A DNA stretch of 64,000 nucleotides. It comes from Prorocentrum cordatum. Its lineage: Eukaryota. Shown here piece after piece: positions 24,151 through 36,586 of this stretch. The first letter of the stretch is position 1; each line of letters begins with the position of its first letter. Under the pieces are notes generated by a model that worked only from the letters and a program-made list of their open reading frames with translations, ran no database searches and was not told the origin of the DNA. The position numbers and the translations under genes were made by a program. Location of the stretch: NCBI GenBank assembly GCA_963575745.1, contig CAUYUJ010000225.1:310001-374000 (forward strand). Reading direction: 5' to 3'.

Positions 24151-27100
24151 AGACATGCGACGTCCTGACTTTTTTCAGGACGGCGTCCCTGGAAGTCCAG
24201 ACCCTTTCCCTGGGGCTGGTTTTTCATCCCGAGTCGTTTTTCGACGGTCCCGGGGCCCCGCGAGGGCCCCCAGGGGCCGAAAAATAAGGAAAAACTCGCC
24301 GTCCTGATTTTTTCACGACGCGATCATGTCTGGGCTTTTCCCTCCCCCTGCCCCCCTCTGCGCGTGGCCGAGTGCGCTCCTCGCCGGCGCCCGCGGGCCG
24401 CGAGGCCCGCCGCACGCCCACGCGGCCCCGCCGGCGCGGGCGCGCCGGCGAGGCCGCGCCGGCGAAGCCGCGCCGGAGGCGCGCGCCGCCGCGCGCCTTC
24501 GGGGCCGCGGCCGCGGCGCTGGCCGCGGCGGCGGCGGCGGCGCGCGCCTTCCGCGCGGCGGCGGACGAGGGCGACAACGACGATGGCGACGACGGCGACG
24601 GCGACGACGGCGACGACGACGGCGGCGACGGCGACGACGACGACGACGGCGCTGGCCGCCGCGGCGGCGGCGCCGAGAGGGAGGCACACGGTGACGGGGA
24701 TTCGGAATCCGTGGATCTGTGATGCGGCCCGGGGAGACAAATAAATCGACACACATTCCAGGACCCCGTATGTTTTTACGTGTTTTCTGGGTGTTCGTCT
24801 TCCCCCCCGTTTCCCATATTTTCCAATACGTTCACAGAGATCAGCGTTTACTCGTGCTGGTGTTTGTTTTTCCCCTCCTGAATCTGGCGCGTCGGCGCCA
24901 CATCCATGGACAAGGGAACGCAACGCCCGACACATGGCGCCAGTGCTGCCTGCTTTGGCGACGGACCGCGCCGATGTGGTGTGGAAACGGGAGCTGTCGC
25001 TAATCCATGTGTGCGCCTCCTCGAAGCAGCTCCTGGCGGCTTTCTCCTCGATTGCAGCTCTCCCCTGGCTCCAGATTCGCCGTGCTTTGGTCGAGCTCCC
25101 GCCCTCAGACTGTGTCGGAAGTGTACCCCACAAGATGCGAAAACGCAGGGCGGAAAAACCGCCTCCAGAAAACCAGGAAATAGATCGGATATTCTTCAAG
25201 GTACCGCGGTTCCGGAAGCAAGGGTGGCGGCCAGGCGGCGGCCGCGGCGGCGGCCACGACGCGCACAGAGCTCCGGCGATGTGACTGCTTCAATCCCGGC
25301 TGCTTTTTTCCTCGGTTGCGGTCCCTGGGGGTCACTATCGGGCCCGGTGGCCATGAAGAAAGAATCCGAGACGGAAAACTACCCCTACGGAAGCGGTCGG
25401 TACCTCTGGGGCGGTTGAAACAAAGCACATCGGCGGGTGTCTGGGCTGACCGTTTCTGAGGGACTCATCGTTTTCTGCTGCCCCTCGAGTCGCCCTGGGG
25501 CGTCCACGATGTGCTCCAGATTTCCCTGGAGATCTCTGGATTTGCCTCGTATCTGGATGTACCTCGATTGTTCTGGCTTGCTCCCCGCAAATCAATGGAG
25601 CGACGAAAAGAAAGGGGTCTTACGCGAGATGACATAGCGACTCTACGCCGCAGCCAGCGCGGCATACTACACTGGAAACGAGGGCGCTTACGCGCGACCT
25701 CACGCGAGCAGCTTACGCTTACGCGCCAATGTCCATGCAAACGACCCCGTTCTTCTGTGCCGCTCAGTTGGCGAAAAGCCGTCAAACCCTTGGCGATCCC
25801 AGGCCTGGGCGTCGCAACCAAGTTGCGGCGGCCAACGTTCTGCTCTCAACCTCGGCCATCCGGGGGTGGCTTCCCAATCCCGGCCCCGGGGCTGGTCAAT
25901 TGGATGGTCCCGGGGAAGGGGTCGAGGCCCACGTGGCGCAAAAAATACGCCGTCGGAGGGGCAACGGCGGCGGCGGCGGCGGCGGCGCCAGCTGGACGAC
26001 CCGCACCCAGACCGCCCGTGCTGGCGGCGCGCAAGAGAAGGGGGGAGGGTCGGCGATGCGAGGGGGGCCTTCTGACACCTGGCGCGGCTCGAAGAGGTCG
26101 CGGCGGCCGGTCCTTCGCAGCGTCGGGCACTTGGGGGCTGCCGTCAGGATCTGGGGGGCATGAAGAAACGGCCCAGGGGGGGGCCCATGCCTCGAGAAGT
26201 CAGGCCGCCATCTGTCTGGGAATCCAGGCAAGGTCGGGCAGAGAGACACCGGACATCTTTGAGAGCCGGCGGGTCCGGTCTGGAGGATGCCTTCTGGGTG
26301 CCGCGGGCGTTCCAGAGTGCGCCGAAACGCTCTACGTGGAAGTTCCGGCAGGCTCGCTCGGGACCAATGCCTCTCTTCATCTGGGGCCTGCCCGAAGCAT
26401 GCCTTCACCCCGAGCCTCCGAGATCTCGCTTTTTTTGGCCAGGCGGACCCCCTCCCCCCGAGCTCTCGACCCCTCTGCGACGGCTTTCTCGTCCTGGGTG
26501 GCTCTCTGACAGCCCCAGGGGGGCACCGTAGACGCGCCCAGTCCGCAAGACAGCACGACGTCGGAGGCCCCAAGCCCAGGATTCCCGTCCGAGCCCGTTG
26601 CTCAATCCCATGTCCATTCCGCGGCCGGACCCATACGTTCGACTAGATTGCTGTCCCATATAATTAGCCCCAGAGACCCAGACCCTTGTTACCCAGGGGG
26701 CAACTCTTCGTTTTCCATCCCGGCTCCATTCTTGCTCGTCCTGGGGAACCGAGAGAGCGGCCCCCGGAGGCCGAAGCGAAGGGGCACCGTGCGGAATGCA
26801 CAAAACGATCCTCCGGGTGCCTGAGCCTGGAGCCACCTGGGGCTCGCCTCGAGATCCTCTGGGGCTCGCGGATGGCCCCCGAGGGCCGCAGAGTGTTTGA
26901 AGGAGGGAAGGGTCAGAGAGCCCGTAGGATGAGGACGATAGATAGAAGATTCCCCCCTCTGAGGTGAAGGGAGTGTCAAGGGACTGTCAAGAGGAAGGAG
27001 ACGCGAGAGGCTCAAGCTCCGACGTCATGTTTTTTCACTACGTCGACACCCAGAGGTCTGGACCCCTTCCTCAGAACCGGAGGTCTCATCCAGGGCAGTT

Positions 27101-27229
27101 TTTTGGGGGCGGTGCCTCCCGTCGTGATTCTGTCACGACGAGAGGAGGCGGGGCACGGAAAACACACACACACACAGAGACACACCTTTGGCGTCGCGGC
27201 CACGCGCGCGGCGGAGGGGCGTAGGGCAA

Positions 27230-27402
27230 CTCAAGCGTTAGTTTGGGCATGTCCCCCTACAGGCGGACTTTAGACGAACAGTTAAACATAGTGAAAAGTA
27301 TCCCCAGATGATGAACAAAAACTAGAAGAATCGTCCTCATACTATTTTTGGACTATTTTTGAATATTCCTCCTGTAGAGGGACATGCTCGATTTAACTTA
27401 AG
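27230..27402. mobile_element. AT-rich ~170-bp MITE, copy 1
   Basis: Terminal inverted repeats GGGCATGTCCCCCTACAGG / CCTGTAGAGGGACATGCTC. The interior matches 54376-54550 (TGGACTATTTT..AATATTCCTCCTGTAGAGGGAC). Confidence 0.8.
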
Positions 27403-27999
27403 CGGGAGAGCGCGGGCCAGGCCAGCTCACGCAGATACGCATTTTTGTCGGGGGCGTCGCGGCCACGCGAGCGTCGCCGCGGCGTAGGTCAAGTCAAATG
27501 GTAGCGCGCGGGCTGGACGCAGATACACACAGACACACTTTTTGCTCCGAGGCTGAGTGGTCCAACTCAGCAAGGCGGATGGCGGGGCCCGTTAAGGGTA
27601 ATTACCACCGAACCTTGTCGGTGGAGGCAGCCGACGAACGGTGCGGGTGCAGAAAAAGGAAACGCACGACAAGCAAGCGCACAGACACACTTTTGAGCGT
27701 CGCGGGCTGGGCTCAGCCTCGAGCCGTTCGACAGTAACCGCCGGCGCGCGCGCCGGCTAGGCAAGAACGACGCCACTCACGCGAAGCAGCGCAGGTCAAA
27801 AGCCAGCCAGAAAGCACGCACACACGCACACGCACGGAGAGCCGCCGAGGGCCGTCGAAGGCCGCCGGGCGCGCCTCCGCCAGCGCCAGGGGGAGGAGGA
27901 GGAGGAGGAGGAGGAGGAGGAGGAGGAGGAGGAGGAGGAGGAGGAGGACCGCCGAGGACCGCCGAGGGCCGCCGAAGGGCCCCGGGCCGCCGGGCGCAC

Positions 28000-28195
28000 C
28001 TCCGCCAGCGCCGCCGGCCGCTGGCGCGCGCGCGCGCCCGCGGCGCCGGCGGCGCGATCGGCGGGGCCGGCGGGGCGCACCACGGGCTGCCGCCAGCTGG
28101 GCGCCGGCGGAGCCAGCGCGACGGCGGCGGCGCGCATGCCGCGGGCGGTGGGCGCGGCCGCGGGCGGCAGGGCCGGGCGGCCTGCCCTGCGCGGC
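28000..28195 (-). CDS. Candidate Ala/Pro/Arg-rich internal exon of a host gene
   Basis: ACACAG|G acceptor and GAG|GTGCGC donor. Open frame PRRAGRPALPPAAAPTARGMRAAAVALAPPAPSWRQPVVRPAGPADRAAGAAGARARQRPAALAE. Confidence 0.4.
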
Positions 28196-29472
28196 CTGTG
28201 TTGCGGCGTGGTGGCGGCGGCGGCGGCGATGGGGTCGGGGGCTCGTGGATGGCGTGTGGCCACGGAGGCCCCAGAGCGACACGTTGTGCCTCACGAGCGG
28301 GTGCAGCAGAGGCCCGAGCACAAGGAACCTGCCACGGGGATCCCAGCCCCGAGACCCCAGGACGTCGATTGACTTTTGGTGTGGGAGCGTCACGCTGTCC
28401 ATAGCCAAACCATGGAAACCCACAAGAAGCCCAGGGCACCCTGGAGGCGAGCAGGGTGTTTCTTGGCATGGGTCTCCTCTGTAGCGTGTCGCTCCTCTCC
28501 GCGGGCAGGGAGGCTGGGGAAGGCTCGGGACACTGCGCGGACAGCGTGCCGCGCCGATAAGTGTGGTGGGCCAGGACTGGCGGAGCGACACGCTATCCAA
28601 AAATTCCTGACCGTAGAGGCTTCCCGCATGGGGTGGGGTCAGAGGGTCGCGCAGCATCGCCGATGCATCACTGACGCATCGGCGATGCATCCGCGACGCC
28701 GGCGATGCATGGGCAACGTCAGATTGGACACAAAAGGGATACACATCGAGCCGCATCGCACATGCATCGGCGGTGCGGCGCGATCCTCCGACCCCATCTG
28801 CTCTGATCACATCTAGGAGTCCTCAAGACGAGGAGGCCAGCGACAGCGGCCCGGACATTCAACGTTTTCCCAAAAAAACAACTCGATGATGGTTTCCCCT
28901 CGTTTTTTCCACGAACCTTGCGGCAAATTCGCGTCCCAGACCTCCAACGCATTCACTCAGTACAGAAAAATTTCACGGTTTTGGGCCTGTGGTGGCCCCT
29001 ACCTGGCCCTGGGGCCGTCAAAGAACGGCTCAGGATGAAAAGCTGGCCCTGGGGAAAGGGTCGGGACTTCTGGGAGCCTTGCACAAATCAAGACACCGGA
29101 TTCTTGGGGACGAGGGCGAGGGCGAGAAGGACGGCGGCGACAACAGCGGCGCGGGAGGGACGGGAAGAGGGGAGAGGAGGGAGGGAAGGTATGAGCCACG
29201 TGGGTCAAGGGAGGTCTCGAGGGAAGCACTGGGGGAAGAGGGCGTCAGGGCTTGTCCGGAGGTGGGCGCTGGCAGCTGCCGTGGACGGCGCTCGTCGGAG
29301 AGTGAGGGGGGCGGCACTGCCGCTGGCGACTGCTCACCAGGACTCGGCGGGAGGGTCCCCTGTCCTGCTCCCCCTCCTCCACCCCGATCCTCCGCCTCCC
29401 CCTGCGCTCCTGGCTTCGACCTGGAGCCCTGGAGTGCAGAAGGACGTCGGTGTAGCGCCACCCGCCCGCATC

Positions 29473-29497
29473 TGATGATGATGATGATGATGATGAC

Positions 29498-29579
<82 letters not shown>

Positions 29580-29625
29580 CTGATGCTGATGCTGATGCTG
29601 ATGCTGCTGCTGATGCTGATGATGC
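29473..29625 (+). repeat. (GAT)n/(GCTGAT)n microsatellite
   Basis: Direct reading. Confidence 0.97.
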
Positions 29626-29991
29626 GCTCCCACGACAGGCGGTGCCTCACGAAGGGAGCACGCGCGGAGCAAAAGAGGCGGCGCCCCGACGCAAGGTGTA
29701 CGAATCGATCCACCTTGCAGGAGAGTGGTTGGGGAGGGGCAGAGCACGAGCGCTCCTCGCGAAGCACACAGGACGTGTGCGAAAGAGGGGGCGGCGGCGG
29801 CGACGGCGGCGACGGCGACGATGACGACGAGGAGCGAGGGGATCGACGATGCCGACGACGCAGGATCAGAAAAAAAGACCCTGCGCTCGCACACACGATC
29901 TCTCTGTCTGTATATGGCGAGGAGGCTCTCTGTGGAACGCGCCATTGCAACAATCCCTCCCTCTCACTCTCTTACTTTCTCACTCCCTCGA

Positions 29992-30026
<35 letters not shown>

Positions 30027-31869
30027 CTTTCTCTCTCTCTCTCTCTCTCTTTTTTTTTTTTTTTCTCTCTCTCTCTCTCTCTTTTTCTTTATCGTGTTCT
30101 ATATATATCTCTTTCTCCCGCTCACACATCGGAACCCCTTGGTCCCTCGACGGCTGTGCAAGCAGAGGTCCTGGCAGAAGATCTTCGAGTACTCCGAGTC
30201 CCTGGGGAACGCGGACGAAGTAAGCTCCTCACGCGCGTCGACCTCACATCAGCGGGCTCGACTCATCTCGACTTCCCGTGGCGATCCTCCCTGGCTCGGG
30301 ATCGGAGGTCTTCAAATGGTCCAGTGACCACACGATCTGTGAATTGGAGGTGGTTCAAATGGCTTGGGACCAAGTCCAATGAGCATGTGTCAAGCTCATG
30401 GGGCCTCCTGGGTCCGAGAACAGTCTGGCGACAGTGCGTCCAACGGGGTCTTCGGGATTGCGAGGTCATCGGACCTGCTGTTACCACACGGACTGAGATC
30501 CCCAACTGGAAATCAAGGACCTCGCCGCCTGCTGCCCTCCAGAGACAGCAGCAGCGGCGGCAGCATCGCTTCTCTCCCCTCTCCCTCCAGCCATCGCTCC
30601 TACAAGCAGGAAGGATCAGAGTCCAGAGTCATCAGGGCGGGGGGTGGTGAGGGATAGCGCCTGAGTCGAGCCTCGGGGACCCAAACTGGAATTGCCCCGG
30701 ATCGGAGTTATCCCGGATAATTCGGGCGTCCAACCACTCCCGAACCATCGGGGCTTGGGGTGGTCAAGGGTAACTCCTGGTTCGTGCCTCGGGGGGCCCA
30801 AACTGGCGTTACCTCAGACTGGAGCTGCCCCAGATAATCGGCAGCGGGTCCTGAGGGAAACGGGTCCTGGATCCCAGGGCCTTCCCCCAAGACCCAGGAC
30901 CAGCTCTCTTCATCCTGAGTCGCTTTCTGGGAAAATCTCGGGGCCCTGGGAGGGCCCCGGGAAGCCGATAACGGCGAAAAGCCACCGGACCCGTTTCCCT
31001 CAGCACTCGCTTCCTTCACGGCGACTCCCTCTGCTTCTCCCCACCCAACCGCCTCCTCGTCCCCAGAAGATCTTATAAGGCTTCTGGGAGGTCCGCGGAG
31101 GCTCCCCGAGGACCGGTTCGTCATCCCGAATCGTTCTCGTCACGGTCCAGAGCGGGGCAGGGCCCCCGAACGCCGGAAACTGCCGAAAGCCTGCAGACTT
31201 TGCTTTACCACGACGCGAGGATGTCAGGGCGTCTCCCCCTCTGGCCTCTCCGTCGCGCCGCCTCGTGCCTCGTACGCCCCTCCGTCCTTTCTGGAAGCCG
31301 CAGGGTTAGTCAGCAGCGAGTCGGAAACTCGGATCGGATCGGAACGTGCGGCCTGCATCGGCACGACGTCGACATCGGATCGGAGCGGCGGCGCCAGGGC
31401 GCACAGCGGCGCCGTGCGAGCACCAGGGGGGGCGAATGGGGGAAGAGCGGAGGTGGAGAGGAAGGGGAAAAGGGGAAGAGGCCAGATGGGAGGAGGAGGA
31501 GGAGGAAAAGGAGGAACAGGAGGACGAGCAGGAGGAGGAGGAGGAGGAAGAGGAGGAGGAACAGGAGGACGAGCAGGAGGAATAGGCGGAGGAGGAGGGG
31601 GAGGAGGAGGAGGAGGAGAAGGGGAGGATCGTCGGAGCATCGGAATCGAGACGGATCGATCGGATCGAAATTGGCCCTTCCCTCGTGCATCCCGCCCTTC
31701 CCTCGCCGATGGAGCGCGCTGTGACAGGAAGCTCCATCCTGAGACTCTCCTCCCGTATTTTCCTCTCTCTCTCTCTCTCCTCCTCGCTTCGCCTCCTCCC
31801 TCATCCCCCTGTTCCTTCTCCTCTTCCTCCTCCCCGTCCTCATCCCTCACTCCCTCCTTCCCTCCGTCC

Positions 31870-31891
31870 TCCGTAGCCATTTTGGCTCAAG
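31870..31891 (+). other. Complete dinoflagellate spliced leader (DinoSL) integrated in the genome
   Basis: TCCGTAGCCATTTTGGCTCAAG is an exact match to the consensus DCCGTAGCCATTTTGGCTCAAG. It follows a CCT-rich tract and precedes a long ORF. Confidence 0.95.
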
Positions 31892-32178
31892 GCTTGGGTG
31901 CCGTACCAGGTACGGCGACCTCTCCAGGGGCGGCAGCCACGCGCGCTGGCCCGCGCCCCAGTCCCGCGCGATCCGCGCCTGGGCGGCCCGCGGCTGGCCG
32001 CGCCCGCTCGCGCAGCCCTCCGCCTGGCCCGCTTGCTTGGCTCGCTGGCGTTGGACCTCCCAGGCGCGGGCGCGCCGAGCCCGCGTGGCATCGGCGAGCG
32101 CGCCTGAGACGTGCACAGTCGCGCACGCTGCTGCGGGTCGCGGCCGCCGCGCGCCTCCTTGCTGCCCACCACAGTACC

Positions 32179-33711
32179 ATGGGCAAGGGAGGCAGCGGCA
32201 AGGGCCGCACGGGCGCGACGGGCGGCACCGCCCCCCCGCCGTGGCAGGGCGCGCCGCCGCCCCCACCGCCAGGCTGGTGGTGCGACGACTGTGGTGGCTT
32301 CAACGGCCCACAGGAAAGGCTATGCAGGTGCTGCTACCCAGGCCCTTCGGGCCCAGTCGGAGGAGGCGGGCATGGAGGCCCACCGCAGCAGCGGCAGCAG
32401 CAGCAGCAGCAGCAGCAGCAAGAGCATCATCCCCGCCGACGGAGCTCGACATCACCAGGGACGCCAACCCGCCGACGCTCCGTCTCCCGCCGCCGCAGAC
32501 GTGAGCGCGAGAGGCGAGAGGAGCGTCCGCGGTCGGGCTCGCGTGTACGCTTCGCGGATGAGCCCGAGCCCGACCCCGACGGCAATGGCGTCTCGGATGC
32601 CGACGAGGAGGTGCGCAGCCCAGCGCTCGGGATCCTCCCCGCGCTGCCGCAGGATGCGAGGCAGCACCCAACGTGGGTTGACCCTCCCAGCGACGAGCGC
32701 GCCTTGGCGGCGCACAGGCGGGCATTACGGCAGATTGCAGCTGCGACAGGGAAGCGCCTTCAAGCTTCCATCGACCTCGGGGCATCCGAGGAGATCATCA
32801 CAAGCCAGAAGCTGGAGTACAGCGTCCAGCTATGCATGATTATCACGGCCCGTGCGCCAGGTGAGCGCTGTGACCGCCAACGAGCCTACGTCGCCAAGGC
32901 CCTTGGCAAGCTCGAGCGTGCCCGTGAGGCGGTCGACAAGGCGCAGGAACGACTACAGGAGGCCGAGTCGAAGTGCACGCAGCGCGAGAAGGAGCATGAC
33001 AGGGCCAAGATGCTGCTGGACCAGCTCGAGGCGATGCAGGCAGGCCATGCGGCTGGAGGTGCAGCCGGCGACGTGGACATGGGCGCGTACGTGGAGGGCA
33101 CGCAGACGCCAGAGGCTGGAGGCGCGACGCCTCAGACGCCTCAGGGCATGCCTGTGCAGCTGGCGGCCATCGCGGAGCTCCAGAGCGGCCAGGCGACGCT
33201 CACGGCCCAGCTCAGCAGCTCGACGGCAATGCTGACGACGCTGCAGACGGCGATGGCGGCAGCAAGGACCCCAGCAGCTGCCGCCGAGGTCCCAGTCCCA
33301 CCTGAAGGCGGCGGCCCGCAGGTCAGGCCCTTCGCTGGCCAGCCCCAGCGACTGGGCCGCATGCCGACGGCCGAGAAGCTCGCTGCTGCACCCGCCTCCG
33401 AGGCCGCGGTAGCGAGCCCAGTCGACGGAGCAGCTGACCCTGCAGCTGCCGCCGGCCCCGCGCCGCCCGCGCCCGCGGCAGCTGACGGTGCACCAGCGGA
33501 GCCTGCAAAGGCCGACGGCGAGGACCTCGCAGTGGTGCGTGCTCGTGCCGCCACGGCACGCCGCGCCAAGCGCGAGCAGGCGCCCGCCGGGCCAGCCGCT
33601 GCTCGTGGACGCCATAGCCAGGCAGCAGCAGCTGGGCGGGCATCGAGGCCGTGGCAGCATCCCGGCCCCAGCTGGACGTGCAGACATCGCAGCGGAGTTC
33701 GGCGACCATGA
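32179..33711 (+). CDS. Intronless ~510-aa protein with a RanBP2-type zinc finger, poly-Q/RS-rich linker and coiled coil; resembles a retroelement ORF1
   Basis: First ATG after the SL (MGKGGSGKG). WWCDDCGGFNGPQERLCRCC fits W-x-C-x2-C-x3-N-x6-C-x2-C. Heptad region AYVAKALGKLERAREAVDKAQERLQEAESKCTQREKEHDRAKMLLDQLE. Strong GC3; the frame is open from the SL itself. Confidence 0.75.
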   Translation: MGKGGSGKGRTGATGGTAPPPWQGAPPPPPPGWWCDDCGGFNGPQERLCRCCYPGPSGPVGGGGHGGPPQQRQQQQQQQQQEHHPRRRSSTSPGTPTRRRSVSRRRRRERERREERPRSGSRVRFADEPEPDPDGNGVSDADEEVRSPALGILPALPQDARQHPTWVDPPSDERALAAHRRALRQIAAATGKRLQASIDLGASEEIITSQKLEYSVQLCMIITARAPGERCDRQRAYVAKALGKLERAREAVDKAQERLQEAESKCTQREKEHDRAKMLLDQLEAMQAGHAAGGAAGDVDMGAYVEGTQTPEAGGATPQTPQGMPVQLAAIAELQSGQATLTAQLSSSTAMLTTLQTAMAAARTPAAAAEVPVPPEGGGPQVRPFAGQPQRLGRMPTAEKLAAAPASEAAVASPVDGAADPAAAAGPAPPAPAAADGAPAEPAKADGEDLAVVRARAATARRAKREQAPAGPAAARGRHSQAAAAGRASRPWQHPGPSWTCRHRSGVRRP

Positions 33712-34861
33712 GACGGAGGCGGCGGCGAGGCGGACGCGGCACAGCCGCGACCGCAGCCCCCGCAGGCCCGACGGCTTCGAGATGGTCGGCGGCGCTGGTG
33801 CAGAATCGACGGGAGAGTCGACACTGGGGTGATGCAGCAGGGCAGGCGAGCTGCCGGGAGTGAGATGCCTGAGCCATCTCATAGCTCGCCTGTGGCTGCC
33901 AGCGCAGCCGACTTAGTGTCAGAACCCCTCGATCGGATGGAGTCCGATTCGCCTCCCCTCCTCGCTCCAGGCCGCCTTCGCCCTCCCTCCTTTGCCTACC
34001 CCAGTCCAGCTAACTGATCCAGCGTGCTGAGGCCAGAGATAGACGCAAGGCGTGCCTTGCCGTACGCATAGCTCCATGGACGTTGCAGCCAAATTTCGGC
34101 AGCAGCATCTTGGACTAAGTAGAAGGATGGGTGGAGGTTAGTCGGAGGGTCAGGTGGGTTCACGATTACTCTCTCGCCGCCAGCCGCCCTTTCTCCTGCC
34201 GCACTGCTGTCTGCAAACATGAAGTTATATACGTGGTGTTGACCCTACCACCAAATATGCCAAGTACGTCAGAGGCGGCTGATGTCAAGCATGCCTCCAT
34301 GGCTGGTGCTAGGGATGTAGCAGGTACAGCGGATTCAGGTCCAGGCCCCTGGAATTTGTCACGGAACTCTCTACTCAGATTGTAGGAAACATCTTGGGAG
34401 TTTCGATAGGGCGCTGAAGCTTCTATACTGCTTACCACGGTCGTGTCCTGCCGCACGCGCATTTCTATGGACGACGCAGCCAGATCTTGGCAGCGGCATC
34501 TTTCGCCAGTAGAAGGTTGGAAGGAGTTTCAGGTTCAGGATGGGTGCAGTTTGTGGAAGGATTACGAGCGAGGAAGCGACCCGCTCCTTTTTATCGCTCT
34601 CTCGCTCTCTCTCCGCCAGCCGCCCCGCCCCTCGCCGCTCCGCACATCATTGTATCCATCCCGCCTGCCCCTCGTGCTGATTGATGAGCCAGACAGATAC
34701 GACGTGCCTGGGTGCGTGTCAGGTCCAGGTGGCCATGGTAAGCAGGCAGCCAGGGCCTACGGGGCAGCTCCGTATCCCCCCCCCCCCGCCCGCGAGGTAC
34801 AGCGGACGGCTCGCCAGCCTGCTAGCGAGCATGCCCTATCTTTCTTGTTGCATGCTACCAG

Positions 34862-34898
<37 letters not shown>

Positions 34899-36444
34899 AG
34901 GGATGGATGCCTGGCGGGTCAGTCGGGTCGTTGAGCAGGATCGGACAGTCAGCGTGCGCACTCTCTTGCACACAAGTCAGCGCCATTTTGGCAGCTTATC
35001 TCTTGCACACAAAGCCTACAGGACCACCGTCTCCCTTTGCGCAGTCTGCTGCCTTGCCCGTCCCAGTCCCCAGTCCTGGCGCAGACCACGATTTCAGTCG
35101 CTGCCAAGCGAGCCTGTTCGCCTTTCGCCCTCTCGCACGGGTCGAGCCACACGGCTGTCAGCGAACGCTACATTCTTGCGTGTCTTAGACCGCGGTGCGT
35201 CTCGTGCATATGGGTTGGATTGGTGGGCAGGATTACTTGATGGAGGAGTTTCTCGGCGCGGCCCGTACACTCTCGCGAGCACTGCTCGTTTGCAGAGCCC
35301 GTGTGTCTTGCAGAGGAGGACCAGCGAGCGAGAAAGAAGAGGGATTAGGGCCCAGGTCTGCGTTCCAGCCTTACCCACTCCTCGTCTTCCTCTTTAGCAC
35401 TTTTCCTCCTCCTCCTCCTGCCCCTACTCCACAGTGCCCAGGCCATTGCTGCAAGCCCCTTTAGCGTTTGCCGGCCAAGCTGAATATTGTTGAGGGTGGG
35501 GGTTCAGGATGGATCGTAGGTGCGAAGATTCCTCCTGCGAGTGCCGTGCGATGGATCTTCCTCCTCGGCCGACGGCCGCCTGACGGCCACCTGTATCGGC
35601 ATAGAGGTTCCACATGGTGTTCCCAATGCGGTACCGCCATGCCTCATAGATGCCAAGCTGAGTCGTTGCCATTCGTCGGCAACCTCGAGCAGGGAATGTG
35701 GTCTGCGTCCCAGCCTTCCTCCTTCCCGCTTTACGTAATTCATTCCTTCCCTCCCTCTGCCCCTCCGCCCGAATGCCCTGGACGGGCACAGCAAGCCGCT
35801 GTCGCAGCTTTCGCGTTTGCCGCCCAGTTGCCCAGCTGAAGGGTGGGGATATTGCGCGGAGGTGGGAGGATTATGGTGAGGTGGGGTTGGTGCACTGGTA
35901 CTGTATACTGCAAACCTTAGGTGCCCGTGCGATCGCACTATTTCTGTTGCATCGCTAGCCGCAGCGCCACCGTAACTCGACAGGCTAGTTGCCTCAACGA
36001 GCAGGCAATCCAAAATCCCTCCGTCCTCCCTCCTCCTCTCCAGCACCCCTGGAGGCCGGCTGTGACAGTCAGTTCAGTCCTGGACCTCTCTCGAGCCACG
36101 GCTGCCAGTGGAGGAGCAACAGCAGCACACACTGGCGGCGCAAACAGTGCGAGTGGATCTCGAGCAGTGTTCGGGGCGTGATGAGCGGACACCTGCTCCT
36201 CTTGCCCTTTTTTCTTGTCGTCGTCTTTTTGTTTTTTCTTGTCATCCTTGTCCTCTTCGTCGTCCTCCTCCTCCTTCTCATCCTCCTGCACCTCTTCTTC
36301 TTCCTCCTCCCTCCTCCTCCTCTTCCCTCCTCCTCCTCCCTCTTCCTCCCTCCATTTCCGTCCTCATGTTCCTCTCCTCCCTCCTCAATCCGTCATCCTC
36401 CCTCTCTCTCTCCTCCCTCCTCCCTCCTCCGCCTCCTCCTCTTC

Positions 36445-36527
36445 AGCATCACGATCACCACCACCAGCATCATCATCAGCATCATAATCAACATCATCAG
36501 CATCAGTCGCATCAGTATTAAAATCAG

Positions 36528-36586
<59 letters not shown>

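Noticed and set aside
23820..28795. 5-kb DNA transposon bounded by GGTCGGAGGATCGCGCCGCA inverted repeats
   Set aside because: No transposase is recognisable inside, no TSD is visible, and neighbouring repeats are not in mirrored order. Two dispersed copies are more likely.
28989..30650. 553-aa ORF
   Set aside because: It is held open by (GAT)n and (CT)n tracts and has no coherent domain.
31870..31940. SL RNA gene
   Set aside because: The SL is followed by GCTTGG rather than a GT-starting SL intron, is single rather than tandem or 5S-linked, and runs into a long ORF.
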